Assembly (NCBI RefSeq): GCF_963853765.1
Contig: NC_088855.1
Location: forward strand, 20,088,001 to 20,152,000
From: Magallana gigas
Lineage: Eukaryota
Direction of reading: 5' to 3'
Length of the DNA: 64,000 nt
Numbering within the stretch: the stretch's first letter is position 1; each line of letters starts with the position of its first letter. This document shows, one piece after another, positions 62,312 through 64,000 of this stretch. The notes beneath the pieces were generated by a model. That model did no database searches and was not told the origin of the DNA. It saw only the letters and a list, made by a program, of their open reading frames with translations. Both the position numbers and the translations under genes were made by a program.

Positions 62312-63531
62312 ATGGGTTCCTTCATTGTTGCTGTTTCATGCCTTTTTGCTGTCATTAGCGCTCGTCCCCAATATGGAAAAGGTAAATTTAAACATTTATT
62401 TTACTCTTATTAGAACTTTGATTAAAAAAATTGTTTAATAATTTTTTCCCTGTAAAATGAAGATAAAATCAAAGAGACAATTTTAATTTTTCTCTTTAAG
62501 GTGGTAATGTAGGCATGTCTAACATGATGATGAACATGATGCCAGCTAACATGGGCATGAACATGATGCCAGCTAACATGGGCATGAACATGATGCCAGC
62601 TAACATGGGCATGAACATGATCCCAGCTAACATGAACATGATCCCAGCTAACATGAACATGATCCCAGCTAACATGAACATGATCCCAGCTAACAGGGGC
62701 ATGAATATGGTGCCAGCTAACATGGGAATGAACATGATGCCAGCCAACATGGGAATGAACATGAAGAATGGAGCAATGAACATGATGATGCCAGCTAATA
62801 TGGGAATGAACATGATGCCAGCTGATATTGAAATGAGCATGCCAGCAGGTATGGGTAATAACAAAGGAGCAAATAACATGATGCCAATTGATATGGAAAT
62901 GAGCATGCCAGCCGGTATGGGTAACAACAAAGGAGCAAATAACATGATGCCAATAGATATGGAAATGAGCATGCCAGCTAATATGGGTAACGGAGCAAAT
63001 AACATGCCAATGAAGGTGGAAATGGACATGCCAGCTGCTAATGGTAATAACATGGGAGCAAATAACATGATGCCAATAGATATGGAAATGAGCATGCCGG
63101 CTGGTAATGGTAACAACAAAGGAGCAATGAACACCATGATGCCAGCTAATATGGGCATGAACATGATGCCAGCTAATATGGGCATGAACATGATGATGCC
63201 AGCTAATATGGGCAACATGATGATGCCAGCTAATATGGGCAACATGATGATGCCAGCTAATATGGGCAACATGATGAACAGAGCTATGAACATGATGATG
63301 ATGCCAATGAATATGGGTATGATGAATGGTGGAAACAATGGCGGTATGCCCAATGCTATGATGGGAAACATGATGGGAGCTGGTAACAACAAAATGAAAT
63401 GTAAGTACATAGGTCATATGTCTGTACAACTGCAAAAATTTAAATAAAATGATTTTTTGCGAGTACGTGTAAAAGAAAGTATTTTCCTATGTATATTGAT
63501 GTCTTGTTTTATCATTACAGCTCTCTATTAA
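62312..63531 (+). CDS. Secreted Met/Asn/Pro-rich protein MN6, 326 aa; exons 62312-62381, 62501-63400, 63521-63531
   Basis: MGSFIVAVSCLFAVISA-RPQYGKG; MMPANMGMN, MIPANMN and MMPIDMEMSMPAGMGNNKGANN repeats; ends NKMK-SLY*. AATAAA at ~63609. Confidence 0.85.
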
Positions 63532-64000
63532 GTTTTTAATACACCAACACACTGGATCATAGAGGAAGGACCCCGGGGATGAACTAGATTTTTTTCCATT
63601 GCACATTGAATAAAATTTGTATTCAAATTTAAACTGTTTATATTATTTTGTTTATAGTAAGGAGGGTTTAAAAATGTTTTTAATTCATTCTTTTCAAATG
63701 TGCATGTTCACTGCAATCAAAATGATACTTTCAATTCACACTTTAAATTCGGTTTTCGTTTACAAATTCATAATTTATCTCCCGTGATGCAACATGCGTT
63801 GACCTTATCTCATAGTAAAAAGAAAACATTAACCGAAACCAATATTTAAGATTAACATTGTATTATTTACAAAATATGGAAATGCTATCAAACGTATTCG
63901 GATTTAAGAAATGCTCATAGACTTGGACGTGTAGTTGTAGGAGATAATGTTGGAGGCCAATCTAAGGGTCCAGAAAGATTCTCTTATTCCTTGTGGTTGT

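Noticed and set aside
62422-63435. 337-aa His-rich minus-strand ORF (HVHAHVSWHH...) and similar 212-aa ORFs opposite MN1 and MN2
   Set aside because: Antisense shadow of ATG/AAC-rich codons. It has no splice, promoter or signal-peptide support, whereas the plus strand has all three.

Overview
AT-rich eukaryotic (intron-containing) DNA, most consistent with an oyster-type bivalve; this is inferred from a Helentron-type non-autonomous element carrying a ~166-bp satellite and from the repeat landscape. Left third: 3' exons of NIF3L1 (+), a KCTD/BTB gene (-), a 2.9-kb satellite-bearing Helentron-like element, and two head-to-tail, apparently intact PRODH2-type (hydroxyproline dehydrogenase-like) paralogs. 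The paralogs carry different substitutions in conserved motifs and share a candidate poison exon. Right 38 kb: a cluster of eight genes encoding secreted, methionine-rich low-complexity proteins. These are a 227-aa Met/Asn/Ser protein (+), a convergent 830-aa Met/Gly/Pro repeat protein (-), and six tandem Met/Asn/Ala paralogs (+, called MN1-MN6 here). All eight share one architecture: TATA box, non-coding exon 1, 61-70-nt signal-peptide exon, large phase-1 low-complexity exon, tiny terminal exon. Most have an ACCGGAAA motif 28-29 bp before the TATA box, and the six paralogs keep Tyr mainly at the two chain ends. This is the best candidate for an undescribed system: a co-regulated extracellular biomaterial locus (hinge ligament, shell matrix or cement, by analogy). 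Exon structures were derived by hand from splice signals and phase consistency; no database searches were run.
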